Assembly (NCBI GenBank): GCA_041665365.1
Contig: JBAYIY010000008.1
Location: 6,396 to 70,395 of the forward strand
Direction: 5' to 3'
From: Patescibacteria group bacterium
GTDB lineage: Bacteria; Patescibacteriota; Patescibacteriia; UBA9570
DNA length: 64,000 bases
The first letter of the stretch is position 1. The number at the start of each line of letters is the position of its first letter. Shown here in pieces: positions 37,778 through 47,785 of the stretch. A model generated the notes under the pieces. That model made no database searches. It worked only from the letters and a program-made list of their open reading frames with translations, and was not told where the DNA came from. The position numbers and the translations under genes are program-made.

Positions 37778-40335
37778 CTTTACCGAAAGCCTTCGAGGCC
37801 AAAGATTACGAAGATAGTATTTATAAACTCTGGGAGGAGTCCGGTGCTTTTAATCCTGATAATTTAGCAGCTGATGAGACGTACACTATTATATTGCCGC
37901 CACCCAATGCCACTGGCACACTCCATTTAGGCCATGCCATGTATGTGGTACAAGATATTTTGATTCGCTATCAGCGGATGCATGGTAAGAAAACTCTCTG
38001 GTTACCCGGCACAGATCATGCCGCTATTGCTACGCAAAATAGAGTTGAAAAAGACTTGGCTAAACGAACTCCAGCTGTCACCAGACACGATTTAGGGCGA
38101 ACCAAGTTTGTGGCCGAGGTGGAAAAATTTGTGGAAACTTCCCGTGGCACCATTCGCAATCAATTACGCAAAATGGGCTTCTCGTTGGATTGGTCACGTG
38201 AAGCCTTTACTTTAGATGATACGCGTAAAGCGGCGGTCAGCGAATTATTTGTGCGTATGTATCTTGATAATTTAATTTATCGCGGTCATCGCATTGTTAA
38301 CTGGTGCCCGCGTTGTCAAAGTACGCTGGCTGATGACGAAGTTGAATATAAAGAAGAGCAAACTAAGTTCTATTATTTTAAGTATGGTCCAGTAGTGATT
38401 GGCACCGCTCGACCGGAAACCAAATTTTTAGATAAAACCATCGTGGTTAATCCAGCCGATGAACGGTATACACACTTGCAGGGTAAAACTTTTTCGGTAC
38501 CTTGGTTAACCGGAGAAGTTGACGCCCAGGTGATTGCCGATGCGGTAGTTGATCAAACCTTTGGGACCGGTGCCATGACAATCACCCCAGCGCATAGCCA
38601 GGAAGATTTTGCCTTAGCCCAAAAATATAATTTACCGATTGTACAGATTATTGATGAACAGGGTAATTTTACAGAAGCAGCCGGTGACTTGGCCGGTAAA
38701 AACGCGCGAGCCAGTCGCGCAGCGATTGTTGAAATATTAGCGAAAAAAGGTTTAGTGGATCATATTGATGAAAATTATAAACATAATTTATCCGTCTGTT
38801 ATCGCTGTGGTACTGCTATCGAACCATTAACTAAAGTACAATGGTTTGTAAACGTCGATGCGCATTTACCAGCTGGTCATGCGTTTGCTGGTCAGACTTT
38901 AAAACAAGTCGCCATTCAAGTAGTAAAGGATGACAGTATAAAAATTATCCCGGATCGGTTTAATAGCACCTATTTTCATTGGTTGGAAAATCTCCATGAT
39001 TGGTGCATTTCACGACAGCTCTGGTACGGTCATAGAATACCAGCTTGGTATAAAGATAATGAGATTAAAGTACAGTTAGAAACTCCCGGTGAAGGTTGGA
39101 TACAAGATGACGATGTGTTGGATACTTGGTTCTCATCTGGCATGTGGACTTTTTCTACTTTAGGCTTTCCAGAACGCACCAAAGATTTAGACACCTATCA
39201 TCCGACACAGGTTTTAGAAACCGGTTATGATATTTTATTCTTCTGGGTCGCCCGGATGATTTTAATCACCACTTATGCCTTAGGTGAGATTCCGTTTGAA
39301 AATGTTTATCTACATGGTTTAGTGCGTGATAAACAAGGCCGGAAGATGTCTAAATCTTTAGGTAATGGGATTGATCCATTAGCTATGACCGCAAAATATG
39401 GTACGGATGCTTTACGGGTAGCCTTGATTGCAGGTACTACACCGGGTAATGATGCACGTTTATACGAAGAAAAAATTGCCTCATATCGAAACTTTATAAA
39501 TAAAATTTGGAATGTATCCCGGTTTGTGTTGATGTCTGAATCAATTCAATCTGGTGATACGGATACAATCACGGATAATTGGTTTCGTTCCAGAATTGCC
39601 AAAGTGGTGGAAGAGGTGACCGGTCATATCGAAGCCTATCAATTAAGTTTAGCCGCCGAACGGGCCTATGATTTCTTGTGGCACGAATTAGCCGATTGGT
39701 ATGTGGAGATCAATAAATTTCAATCCAACCCAGCTTTGATGCGTCATGGTTTAGAAACTGCCCTGCAATTATTACACCCATTTGTTCCGTTTGTAACAGA
39801 AACTATCTGGCAAGAGTTGTATCCCAGTAAAATGTTAATGCTTCAGGCTTGGCCGAAAGCCAACGGCAGTAATCGTGACGCTCAGGCCGAAGAGCAATTC
39901 AATGCTATTCAAGACATTGTCACTCAAATTAGAAACATGCGCAGTCAGTATCAAATACCATACACAAAAATATTTACTCTTACCCAACAACCAGATTGTA
40001 AATTATCTAATGAGGCCAAAACGATTATAGAAACATTATGTAAGATTAACATTGTGTCTGGCAATGTATCTGGAACAAACACAGAAATTGCGAATAACTT
40101 GTATGGTTTTTCATTAAATTTAGGTGATACAATTGATATTCAAAAAGAAAAGATTAGATTACAAAAACAAATCGATCAAGCCACCCAGTACCGTGGTAAG
40201 CTTCAACAAAAATTAGCTAATACTGAGTATGTCAGTAAAGTGCCAGTAGAAATTCTCGAGAAAGATAAACTTCAGTTACAAGAACAAGATACAAAGATTA
40301 GTTTGTTAGAGAAAACGTTAAAACAGTTAAATTAA
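37774..40335 (+). CDS. valS: Valine--tRNA ligase
   Basis: PPPNATGTLHLGH, WLPGTDHA, DWCISRQLW, KMSKS, C-terminal coiled coil. Confidence 0.98.
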   Translation: MTLPKAFEAKDYEDSIYKLWEESGAFNPDNLAADETYTIILPPPNATGTLHLGHAMYVVQDILIRYQRMHGKKTLWLPGTDHAAIATQNRVEKDLAKRTPAVTRHDLGRTKFVAEVEKFVETSRGTIRNQLRKMGFSLDWSREAFTLDDTRKAAVSELFVRMYLDNLIYRGHRIVNWCPRCQSTLADDEVEYKEEQTKFYYFKYGPVVIGTARPETKFLDKTIVVNPADERYTHLQGKTFSVPWLTGEVDAQVIADAVVDQTFGTGAMTITPAHSQEDFALAQKYNLPIVQIIDEQGNFTEAAGDLAGKNARASRAAIVEILAKKGLVDHIDENYKHNLSVCYRCGTAIEPLTKVQWFVNVDAHLPAGHAFAGQTLKQVAIQVVKDDSIKIIPDRFNSTYFHWLENLHDWCISRQLWYGHRIPAWYKDNEIKVQLETPGEGWIQDDDVLDTWFSSGMWTFSTLGFPERTKDLDTYHPTQVLETGYDILFFWVARMILITTYALGEIPFENVYLHGLVRDKQGRKMSKSLGNGIDPLAMTAKYGTDALRVALIAGTTPGNDARLYEEKIASYRNFINKIWNVSRFVLMSESIQSGDTDTITDNWFRSRIAKVVEEVTGHIEAYQLSLAAERAYDFLWHELADWYVEINKFQSNPALMRHGLETALQLLHPFVPFVTETIWQELYPSKMLMLQAWPKANGSNRDAQAEEQFNAIQDIVTQIRNMRSQYQIPYTKIFTLTQQPDCKLSNEAKTIIETLCKINIVSGNVSGTNTEIANNLYGFSLNLGDTIDIQKEKIRLQKQIDQATQYRGKLQQKLANTEYVSKVPVEILEKDKLQLQEQDTKISLLEKTLKQLN

Positions 40336-40338
40336 TAG

Positions 40339-42117
40339 TTAATCAAACACCGTCACACGAATCACTTCGGCTACGGAAGTGATACCCTCCACGGCTTTTA
40401 AGATGCCATCTTGCGCCATGTTCAACATGCCATTGCGGTGAGTCACTTCTTTCATTTGATATTCAGACACATTACCAGATAATGTCATCGCTTCAATTTC
40501 CGGATTCTTCGTGAAAATTTCATAAATACCGATGCGACCTTTATAACCTAAGCCATTGCATTGTTCACACCCCTTGCCTTCATAAAAAGTTAGTTTAGAA
40601 GTATCTGGAATCGGTTCACCGGAATTTTTTGGAATGCTATTGATGAGTTTTTTTACCCGTTCGAGGGTTTCTAAATCTAAGGTTTTTATTTCTTTACATT
40701 TGGGGCATAGTTTTCGTACTAAGCGTTGGCCGATCATGGCGTTCATGGCGGGGGCTAATAAAAAGCCAGGCACACCCATTGATAGAAACCGGGGGATGGC
40801 TCCGGCGGCATCGTTGGTATGAATGGTTGATAATAATAAGTGGCCGGTTAACGCGGCTTGCACAGCGGTTTCACCGGTTTCTAAATCGCGGATTTCACCG
40901 ACCATGATAATATTCGGATCTTGCCGTAAAATGGCACGCAACCCTTTGGCAAAAGTGTAATCTTTTGAGTGATCAATTTGCGATTGATCAACACCGGCTA
41001 ATCTATATTCAATTGGATTTTCTAAGGTGATTATTTTTCGATCCGGTTTATTCAGGGTATTTAAAATAGCGTACAAAGTAGTGGTTTTTCCGGAACCGGT
41101 TGGACCAGTGGCCATAATCATGCCCTGGGGTTTTTCTAATTCGTGTTTTAGCCGTTGAAAAGCGGATGGTCGTAAACCGAGCTGTTCAAAGGTTAAACCA
41201 ATCGAGGCCGAGCGTAATAGCCGCATCACGACCGATTCACCCCAGGCCGTTGGAATAGTGGAGACACGAATATCCATGGTGTCATTATCCAGCGCGATGG
41301 TAATACGACCATCTTGTGGGACAGAATCAATATTTATTTTTAAACCGGAAATAGTTTTGATCCGAGCAATGAGTTTTGGCCAAAGTTCTGACGGAATTTT
41401 AGCCGCCACTTGCAGCAAACCATCCACCCGATACCGAATCATAATTTTGTGCTCTTCCGCTTCAATATGAATATCCGAAGAGCGCACATTCATGGCCATG
41501 GCCACAATCATGGCAAACATCTCGGTCATGTTGACCTGCAGCAACTTTTTTTCTAGATCAGCGAACGTGACAACATCTTTTTGAAAGCGGTCTAAATCGG
41601 CTTTAGTCAAAGCGACATCAGTATGAATGACATTAACTCGAGCAATGTTTTTATAGAGTTTCAAAGCTTCACTAAAACTATGTTCCGAAGTGAGATATAG
41701 TGAAATATTAGATCCCGGAAATTGGCGTTGAATTCTAGCCACGACATCATGTAAGTCTGGATGATCTGGTTGAGACGTGGCTAAACGGATTTGTTGACCT
41801 AATTTAAAAAATACGATGGTTTGTAATTGTTTCGCTTCGGCTTCCGGAATTAATGACAACACTTCTGGCCCAATCGGGAAACCTTTCAGATTGATATATT
41901 GCAAACCAATGCCTATGGCCGTAGCCTGACAAATTTCTTCAAGCTTGTTTAATTCGATGGTCTCAATGCGTTCTTGTAGTTTAATGGCTGGGTTGGAATC
42001 ATCTGATGGCTTCTTTAAAACGGGAGTACTTGAAGACTGAGTAGATGTAGCAGTAGTGGGTGGTGGAGTAACCTTTCGGTTCAGTGCTAATAAATCTTCA
42101 ATGCGTTGGATAGACAT
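40339..42117 (-). CDS. pilB: Type IV pilus assembly ATPase PilB/GspE family
   Basis: SDIHIE, PQDGR, GPTGSGKTT, LRQDP..MVGEIRD, TGH, CxxC...CxxC; start 42117 (TATAAT 6 nt upstream). Confidence 0.9.
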   Translation of the reverse strand: MSIQRIEDLLALNRKVTPPPTTATSTQSSSTPVLKKPSDDSNPAIKLQERIETIELNKLEEICQATAIGIGLQYINLKGFPIGPEVLSLIPEAEAKQLQTIVFFKLGQQIRLATSQPDHPDLHDVVARIQRQFPGSNISLYLTSEHSFSEALKLYKNIARVNVIHTDVALTKADLDRFQKDVVTFADLEKKLLQVNMTEMFAMIVAMAMNVRSSDIHIEAEEHKIMIRYRVDGLLQVAAKIPSELWPKLIARIKTISGLKINIDSVPQDGRITIALDNDTMDIRVSTIPTAWGESVVMRLLRSASIGLTFEQLGLRPSAFQRLKHELEKPQGMIMATGPTGSGKTTTLYAILNTLNKPDRKIITLENPIEYRLAGVDQSQIDHSKDYTFAKGLRAILRQDPNIIMVGEIRDLETGETAVQAALTGHLLLSTIHTNDAAGAIPRFLSMGVPGFLLAPAMNAMIGQRLVRKLCPKCKEIKTLDLETLERVKKLINSIPKNSGEPIPDTSKLTFYEGKGCEQCNGLGYKGRIGIYEIFTKNPEIEAMTLSGNVSEYQMKEVTHRNGMLNMAQDGILKAVEGITSVAEVIRVTVFD

Positions 42118-42140
42118 TAGTTGATTATAGCACACTTTTT

Positions 42141-42266
42141 CCCCTTTCTCCCCAACCCTCCTTCCCATTTTGGGAAGGAGGGAGTAAGAAAAAGATTTTA
42201 AAAAAATCCTCCCCCAAAGTGGGGGAGGACCGTTTCGAGTGTAACGAGAAACAGGAGGGGGGGGTG
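42141..42266. repeat. Gene-less double-hairpin element related to the DUF559-flanking repeats
   Basis: CTCCCCAA-CCCTCCTTCCCA/TGGGAAGGAGGG-AGTAAGA, A-rich spacer, TCCTCCCCCA/TGGGGGAGGA, side hairpin, G-rich end GGTG. Confidence 0.75.
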
Positions 42267-42268
42267 TG

Positions 42269-43402
42269 TTATCTCACTTTTTGGCGAATGCGGTCATGAA
42301 CCAGTTGCTGGGCAGCTGCGACCGTACTCACTGGAATTGTAATAGTAACCAAATTTTGTGTGCCCGTGGGGTGAAAATCATGAAACACTTCAGCTGGTTG
42401 AATATATGGGGCAGTGGCAATAAGAGCTTGAATCAAACCTTGGTATTCATAAACAATATACACATGATCGGCATCTGGGGTGTTAATAATCAACTCATCG
42501 ATCACCTCAGTTAAATCTTGTACCGTGGTTAATGTATCGGAAAAATCATAGTGTTGCAGGGTCGACCAGACTAATTTACTGGCCGGGTCAGTTTGCAGTT
42601 GAGCTAAAGCGCGACCCCATAGTTTTAAGGCGGGCAGGGTTTTAGTCTGGTAAAGATTTTTTACAATCTCAGCTCGGCGCGCTCCGGAACTAATCAAATG
42701 GCTGGCAATTGCGAGAGAACGGGGTGTAACGGCGTTGGTTTTGAAAGACTTGGTTTTTGAAATTATCCCGGTCAGTAATTGTGTCGCCATAAATTCATCT
42801 AAGAATGAACCAGCCTCTAAGTGCTCGAGTAATTCAAAGACGATTTCTGAAACACTCGTAGCAGTTACCTGGACAAAATTAATCTCACCATAATGTTCGT
42901 TAGCCGGATGATGATCGATATTGATTAAGGCTGTGTGATGGAAAAATTCAGCATTGTTTTCAAACACTTTTCCCAAACTGGCCAAGTCTTGACTATCTAA
43001 CACGATAATTAAATCAAAAATATAATCACTAGACGATGTGCTCACATCACGGGTTTCGAAATAACCGTTTTTGGGAGTAATATAAACACTTAACCGATTA
43101 TCTTTAATATCATATTGAATGTCTTGTACTTTAGTTTGTGTTACATCCACCGAAATAATGAATTTTTTTATAGCCGTCAGTTCATGCTCAATTTCATCAC
43201 TCTTTGGTAGAAATTTGTGATTATCCGGCAAAGCAAACCCATCGGCCACTACTTTGGCTTGTTTGCCCATTTTTTGCAGCAAACCATACACCGCCAAACC
43301 CGAGGCTATCGCATCAGTGCTTGGTTTAGACGGCAAACACACCAAAACCCGTTGATGATTTGTAATAAGTAATTTAATTTGTTGTTCGAGGGTTAGAGCC
43401 AT
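42269..43402 (-). CDS. DHH family (NrnA-like) phosphoesterase, partly degenerate
   Basis: TDAIAS, IVLD, NIDHH, TSVSEI, KLWGRAL. Confidence 0.82.
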   Translation of the reverse strand: MALTLEQQIKLLITNHQRVLVCLPSKPSTDAIASGLAVYGLLQKMGKQAKVVADGFALPDNHKFLPKSDEIEHELTAIKKFIISVDVTQTKVQDIQYDIKDNRLSVYITPKNGYFETRDVSTSSSDYIFDLIIVLDSQDLASLGKVFENNAEFFHHTALINIDHHPANEHYGEINFVQVTATSVSEIVFELLEHLEAGSFLDEFMATQLLTGIISKTKSFKTNAVTPRSLAIASHLISSGARRAEIVKNLYQTKTLPALKLWGRALAQLQTDPASKLVWSTLQHYDFSDTLTTVQDLTEVIDELIINTPDADHVYIVYEYQGLIQALIATAPYIQPAEVFHDFHPTGTQNLVTITIPVSTVAAAQQLVHDRIRQKVR

Positions 43403-43509
43403 AATTTTAGTTTGTTTGTTCTTTCAACAAAGGTTGACAAAACGAACAAAATAACGTACCATACGTGAGAATATTGTCAAGTTAATCACTAAAATTACTT
43501 ATAGATTTT

Positions 43510-44784
43510 ATGGTGGCAGAAGCCAGAGTAAGAGCCCGAGTAGACCGTCTTAGTGTACCCGTTACACCAGTGAACCTAGAAGATGCACCCACTGAATCGT
43601 CAACTCAACCTATAAAAATTGTTGAAGGTGAGAATCGTCCCGCAACATTACCGCCATTACCTGACGAAAACCTAGTTAATGTTGTTCCTGAAATTGATGA
43701 ATATGCTGGCGAGACCGAGACGATGCCAGTTACTGATGTCGTAGAAAGACATTCATTAAGTGAAGATATTGCCGAGCAACGACGCATTATTTTTGCACAA
43801 ATACCAGAGTTATTTTCAAATGATAAAGCACAGATTGCCGCAGCCGAAGCTGAGTTGATGGGTCTTGAAATTGATATTCATAGTAATGATAAAGATAGGC
43901 ACCCGTATGTTTTGGGTAAACATATAGCTACCGGTGGGTTTGGCGCTGTTTTTGAGGCGATTGATCCTACTACGCATAAAGCGGTGATTGTTAAATTTAG
44001 TAGGCCATTTGATCGTAGTCAATTGATAGAAAATAAAAAGGATCTTGTTAAAACTCAATATTTAGATGTGGCCATATCCAGAATGTGTATTACAGAAATG
44101 GTTAGCAGTAAACGAGTGTCACAGGGCATGAAGCGAGAGGGTGGTAAGCCTCCGTTTCCAATCTATTATGATGGCCTATTAATGCCCCATCCTGATTTTA
44201 AACCAAGTGAACCGGGTGAAGTAGATAAACGGATTGCAGTGATGGTGATGGAAGAGATTTCCGGGCAATCACTTTCTAGTATTTTAGAAAATCCGCAACA
44301 ACAATATTCACCTGAAGTTATACTGGCAGTAGTGCAAGAATTAATTACCGCTGTACGTTTAATGCATGATAAACAAGTGTTACATTTAGATTTGAAGCCA
44401 CAAAATATAATGATCACTAAAGATAATCATGCCGTTATTATCGATTTAGGAACCAGTGTTCTGCAAGATAAGTTGGCCGAAGATAATACTAGAAAAGCCC
44501 ATAATTGGGTAAAACCAGTTGGTAATCCAAGTACTAAAAACTATGTTCAGGGATATGAAAGGTTAACACGTACCCCGGAACGTGATGTCTATGCTCTTGG
44601 TATTACAATCTATGACATGATTTATGGTATGGAGAGTAGTAAGACATTTCGAGCGGTTCGTTTTAACACATTGCCTGAAGCATTAAAAAAACTATCTGCC
44701 ATAGCCGATAAAATGACCAATCCAACACCAGAAGAAAGACTGACTTTAGAACAAGCGGAGAGTGAATTGAAAAACATAAAGTAA
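43510..44784 (+). CDS. Hanks-type Ser/Thr protein kinase, soluble
   Basis: ATGGFGAVF, VIVK, HLDLKPQNIMI, IIDLG, DVYALG. Confidence 0.9.
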   Translation: MVAEARVRARVDRLSVPVTPVNLEDAPTESSTQPIKIVEGENRPATLPPLPDENLVNVVPEIDEYAGETETMPVTDVVERHSLSEDIAEQRRIIFAQIPELFSNDKAQIAAAEAELMGLEIDIHSNDKDRHPYVLGKHIATGGFGAVFEAIDPTTHKAVIVKFSRPFDRSQLIENKKDLVKTQYLDVAISRMCITEMVSSKRVSQGMKREGGKPPFPIYYDGLLMPHPDFKPSEPGEVDKRIAVMVMEEISGQSLSSILENPQQQYSPEVILAVVQELITAVRLMHDKQVLHLDLKPQNIMITKDNHAVIIDLGTSVLQDKLAEDNTRKAHNWVKPVGNPSTKNYVQGYERLTRTPERDVYALGITIYDMIYGMESSKTFRAVRFNTLPEALKKLSAIADKMTNPTPEERLTLEQAESELKNIK

Positions 44785-44794
44785 ATAAATATCC

Positions 44795-45964
44795 ATGGAG
44801 GCAGAATTACAAATTACACCAGGCAAACCGCCGGTCAGAAAACCACGAGAAACTCGTAGAGTTCATGAACCTGATCTTGATCTTTTAAAACCAGTTACGG
44901 AACTCCCATTAGTCACTGAATTACCAGCCGTAGAACCAGAGGAGATAGATCCTAAGGAGGAATCAAGAGAAGTAAGACGGAAACTTTTCAGGTATGTTCC
45001 AGAATTATTTTCTGATGAACCTGCAGTAGCCAGGGTCGCTGAAGCTGCTTTAGTGGGTGAATCGGTTGTAATACGTCGACATACAGAAACACATCCATAT
45101 AAACTAGAAAGATTACTGAGTAAAGGGGGTTTTGGTGCTGTCTTTGTTGCCAGACACGAAAAGTATGGTAAGGTCGTGGTAAAATTTGTTAAACCATTTG
45201 TGCGTGATGATGTTATTTCTCCAAAAATAGCAGGTGATAAAATAAATGAAGCGGCTCATGCGCGTAGTGTATTAAATGAAGTGGTGTGTGAAAGATTATT
45301 ATCCAATAATAAGAACGGAGAACCAATGCAACGTGCTGGCAATAATCCGCCGGTGCCAATTTTGTATGATGCTAGTTTGTTACCTAACCCAGATCGAGTG
45401 CAGGGTGAACCTGATGTACGTTTAGCCGCTATTGCCAGTGAATATATTCCAGGCGATACTTTATCAGCCTTCATTAAAATTAATCCTGATTTAAAATCAC
45501 AGCCAGAAGAAATTGAATCAATTGTTTTGCAGTTAATGGATGCAGTAAAAGCCATACATAATAAAGGTGTCATACACTTTGATTTAAAGCCAGCCAATAT
45601 TATGATCACACCGGATAACCAAGTGATCATTCTAGATTTAGGTAGCGCTTATCTTAAAGAAGGCAAACAAGAATGGACTAAACATCTCACTTATACATTC
45701 ACGGAACGGTATGCGCGTCGAGAAGAACTAGGTAGTTACAGTGAAACTCGAGATGTTTTTGCTTTAGGTAACATTATTTATGATTTGATCTACGGTAGAA
45801 AATCTACTCCAGAACTTCGTGCCGCAGCCTACCCAGCACTGCCATTAAAATTACAAACTATGTCTAAGTTAGCTGATAGTATGACACACCCTGAAATAGT
45901 TCAGCGCGCAGATTTGGGTGATTCAGCGGAATTAAACGATTTGGTAAATAAATTTTTTCAATAG
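44795..45964 (+). CDS. Hanks-type Ser/Thr protein kinase, tandem paralog
   Basis: SKGGFGAVF, VVVK, HFDLKPANIMI, ILDLG, DVFALG. Confidence 0.9.
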   Translation: MEAELQITPGKPPVRKPRETRRVHEPDLDLLKPVTELPLVTELPAVEPEEIDPKEESREVRRKLFRYVPELFSDEPAVARVAEAALVGESVVIRRHTETHPYKLERLLSKGGFGAVFVARHEKYGKVVVKFVKPFVRDDVISPKIAGDKINEAAHARSVLNEVVCERLLSNNKNGEPMQRAGNNPPVPILYDASLLPNPDRVQGEPDVRLAAIASEYIPGDTLSAFIKINPDLKSQPEEIESIVLQLMDAVKAIHNKGVIHFDLKPANIMITPDNQVIILDLGSAYLKEGKQEWTKHLTYTFTERYARREELGSYSETRDVFALGNIIYDLIYGRKSTPELRAAAYPALPLKLQTMSKLADSMTHPEIVQRADLGDSAELNDLVNKFFQ

Positions 45965-46546
45965 GTGATATTTTATCTACTTCTTAATCTTTTTTTATGC
46001 GGTTATTTAGTTGTTATAATTATTCGGCTTTTACCGTTAGTATTATTTGCCCATCAACCGTTACCGTTTGTACCAATTCCTAAACGGATTGCTAAACGCA
46101 TGGCGCGGTTACCACAATTACAAAACTGTTACACGTTTATCGATTTAGGTTGCGGTACCGGCACAATTTTGGCAGCCCTGCATCGGGCTAAACCGCAGGC
46201 CAAACTAACGGGGGTAGAATATAATCCAAAAATATTTAAACTAGCACAATGGCGCACTACCTGGTGGAAAAATAAACCGGATTTACACTGTACGGATATG
46301 TTTACCTGGGACATTTCTCAATATGATGCTATTGTTGGATGGTGGGTACCGAAATTTTGTGCCCAGTTAGTACCTAAATTAATACAGGAAGTTAAACCGA
46401 GTTGTGTGATGGTGTGTTATATGTTTCCTTTACCAAAACATCCGGCTTTACATGAACAAATTATCCCGGCCGGTCACCATAATATCTATGTCTATACTAA
46501 AGTTCAGTCTCATCAGCTTAATCCTAATACTACCGGTTCTAAGTAG
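45965..46546 (+). CDS. Membrane-anchored class I SAM-dependent methyltransferase
   Basis: N-terminal TM, PFVP, IDLGCGTG, GVEYN. Confidence 0.85.
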   Translation: MIFYLLLNLFLCGYLVVIIIRLLPLVLFAHQPLPFVPIPKRIAKRMARLPQLQNCYTFIDLGCGTGTILAALHRAKPQAKLTGVEYNPKIFKLAQWRTTWWKNKPDLHCTDMFTWDISQYDAIVGWWVPKFCAQLVPKLIQEVKPSCVMVCYMFPLPKHPALHEQIIPAGHHNIYVYTKVQSHQLNPNTTGSK

Positions 46547-47780
46547 TGCGCAAACCATTACTGGCACCTCATCTGATTTTGTTTCGGTAGCTACAGAGGA
46601 ACCATACACTACAACGATTGCGCTGTATGGCACAGATTTAGATTATTTATTGTTTAATCCAGTTACCATTCAGCTTGGTCCACTCACTGGGACGGTGTTA
46701 TCTGGTAATGAAACGGGGGTGAATATATCTTTTACTATTGATAGCACCCTATTGTTGGAGCGAGAAGCGAGTTACCCGATTACTGTTTTGAATGGTGAGA
46801 CATTAATAACGAGCAGCCCAGCTCTGGCTATATTTAATCCATTTGTCGGTGATTATATTTATCAACAACCAAATCATTATCTAAATCATATTTCTCAACC
46901 CCATAAAAGAACTAAACAAACCATTGGTTTGAATGTGCATCAAACTTTAGGTGGTGATAGTACCTTAGATGGTGTGTATGCCCAACGGTTAGACGATAGC
47001 AAAACTATTTGGGTACGAGAACATATTAGTTATGCTGAAGTAATGGGCAGTGATAGTGCGGCTTGGTTAAAACGGTACGATAAAATCATGCTGCAGTATC
47101 GTGATCATAATCAAAAGGTGATAGCCATGTTGGCTTATGGTGATGGCAATGATGCTTATGCTGAGCCAGCGCGCTGGGAGGAATTTGTCCGGTTAATGGT
47201 GAAGCGTTATCGCAATTATGTGGACGTGTGGGAAATCTGGAACGAACCAGATAGTGCCGCGTATTTATCTCCGCAACATAATTGGCGAACATATCGACAC
47301 ATTTTAAAAACCGGTTCGGCGCTGGTGCGGCAGTATGATCCAGATGCCATTGTGTTGCCGGGCGCTGTATCCAATTTATCCAATCCAGAATTTACTAAAC
47401 AATTATATGGTAAAGGAAAAAAATATTTTGATGATTTTAATATCCATGTGTATTATTGCACTAAACCGGAGCAATTAGCCGGTGATTTTGATCGTTTACG
47501 AAAAGTGGTGGCACGGTATCGATCGCCCGAACGAATCTGGGTGACTGAATTAGGATGTTCGACCGGTGGCACTGGTATTACCAAGAAGCAAGTCAAACAA
47601 TATCTACAAACTACTACCAAACAATTACTGGCAGAAAATTTCATAGGTCCGATTTTACTCTATTCATTTCGTGATCGTACTTATTTAACTTCTGATCCAT
47701 ACGAAGCCTACTTTGGTTTAATGACTGATGCCTTAGTACCAAAACCGGCTTGGCGGTGGTACAAGTTACTGGTAAGATAA
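46488..47780 (+). CDS. Secreted clan GH-A glycoside hydrolase (GH5/GH39-like)
   Basis: Signal peptide; WEIWNEP acid/base and WVTELG nucleophile motifs; FGL..PKPAW. Confidence 0.85.
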   Translation: MSILKFSLISLILILPVLSSAQTITGTSSDFVSVATEEPYTTTIALYGTDLDYLLFNPVTIQLGPLTGTVLSGNETGVNISFTIDSTLLLEREASYPITVLNGETLITSSPALAIFNPFVGDYIYQQPNHYLNHISQPHKRTKQTIGLNVHQTLGGDSTLDGVYAQRLDDSKTIWVREHISYAEVMGSDSAAWLKRYDKIMLQYRDHNQKVIAMLAYGDGNDAYAEPARWEEFVRLMVKRYRNYVDVWEIWNEPDSAAYLSPQHNWRTYRHILKTGSALVRQYDPDAIVLPGAVSNLSNPEFTKQLYGKGKKYFDDFNIHVYYCTKPEQLAGDFDRLRKVVARYRSPERIWVTELGCSTGGTGITKKQVKQYLQTTTKQLLAENFIGPILLYSFRDRTYLTSDPYEAYFGLMTDALVPKPAWRWYKLLVR

Positions 47781-47785
47781 CACCC

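Noticed and set aside
42118-42168. N-terminal extension of PilB (MGRRVGEKGEK...)
   Set aside because: It is translated repeat and promoter sequence; ATG 42117 is the better start.
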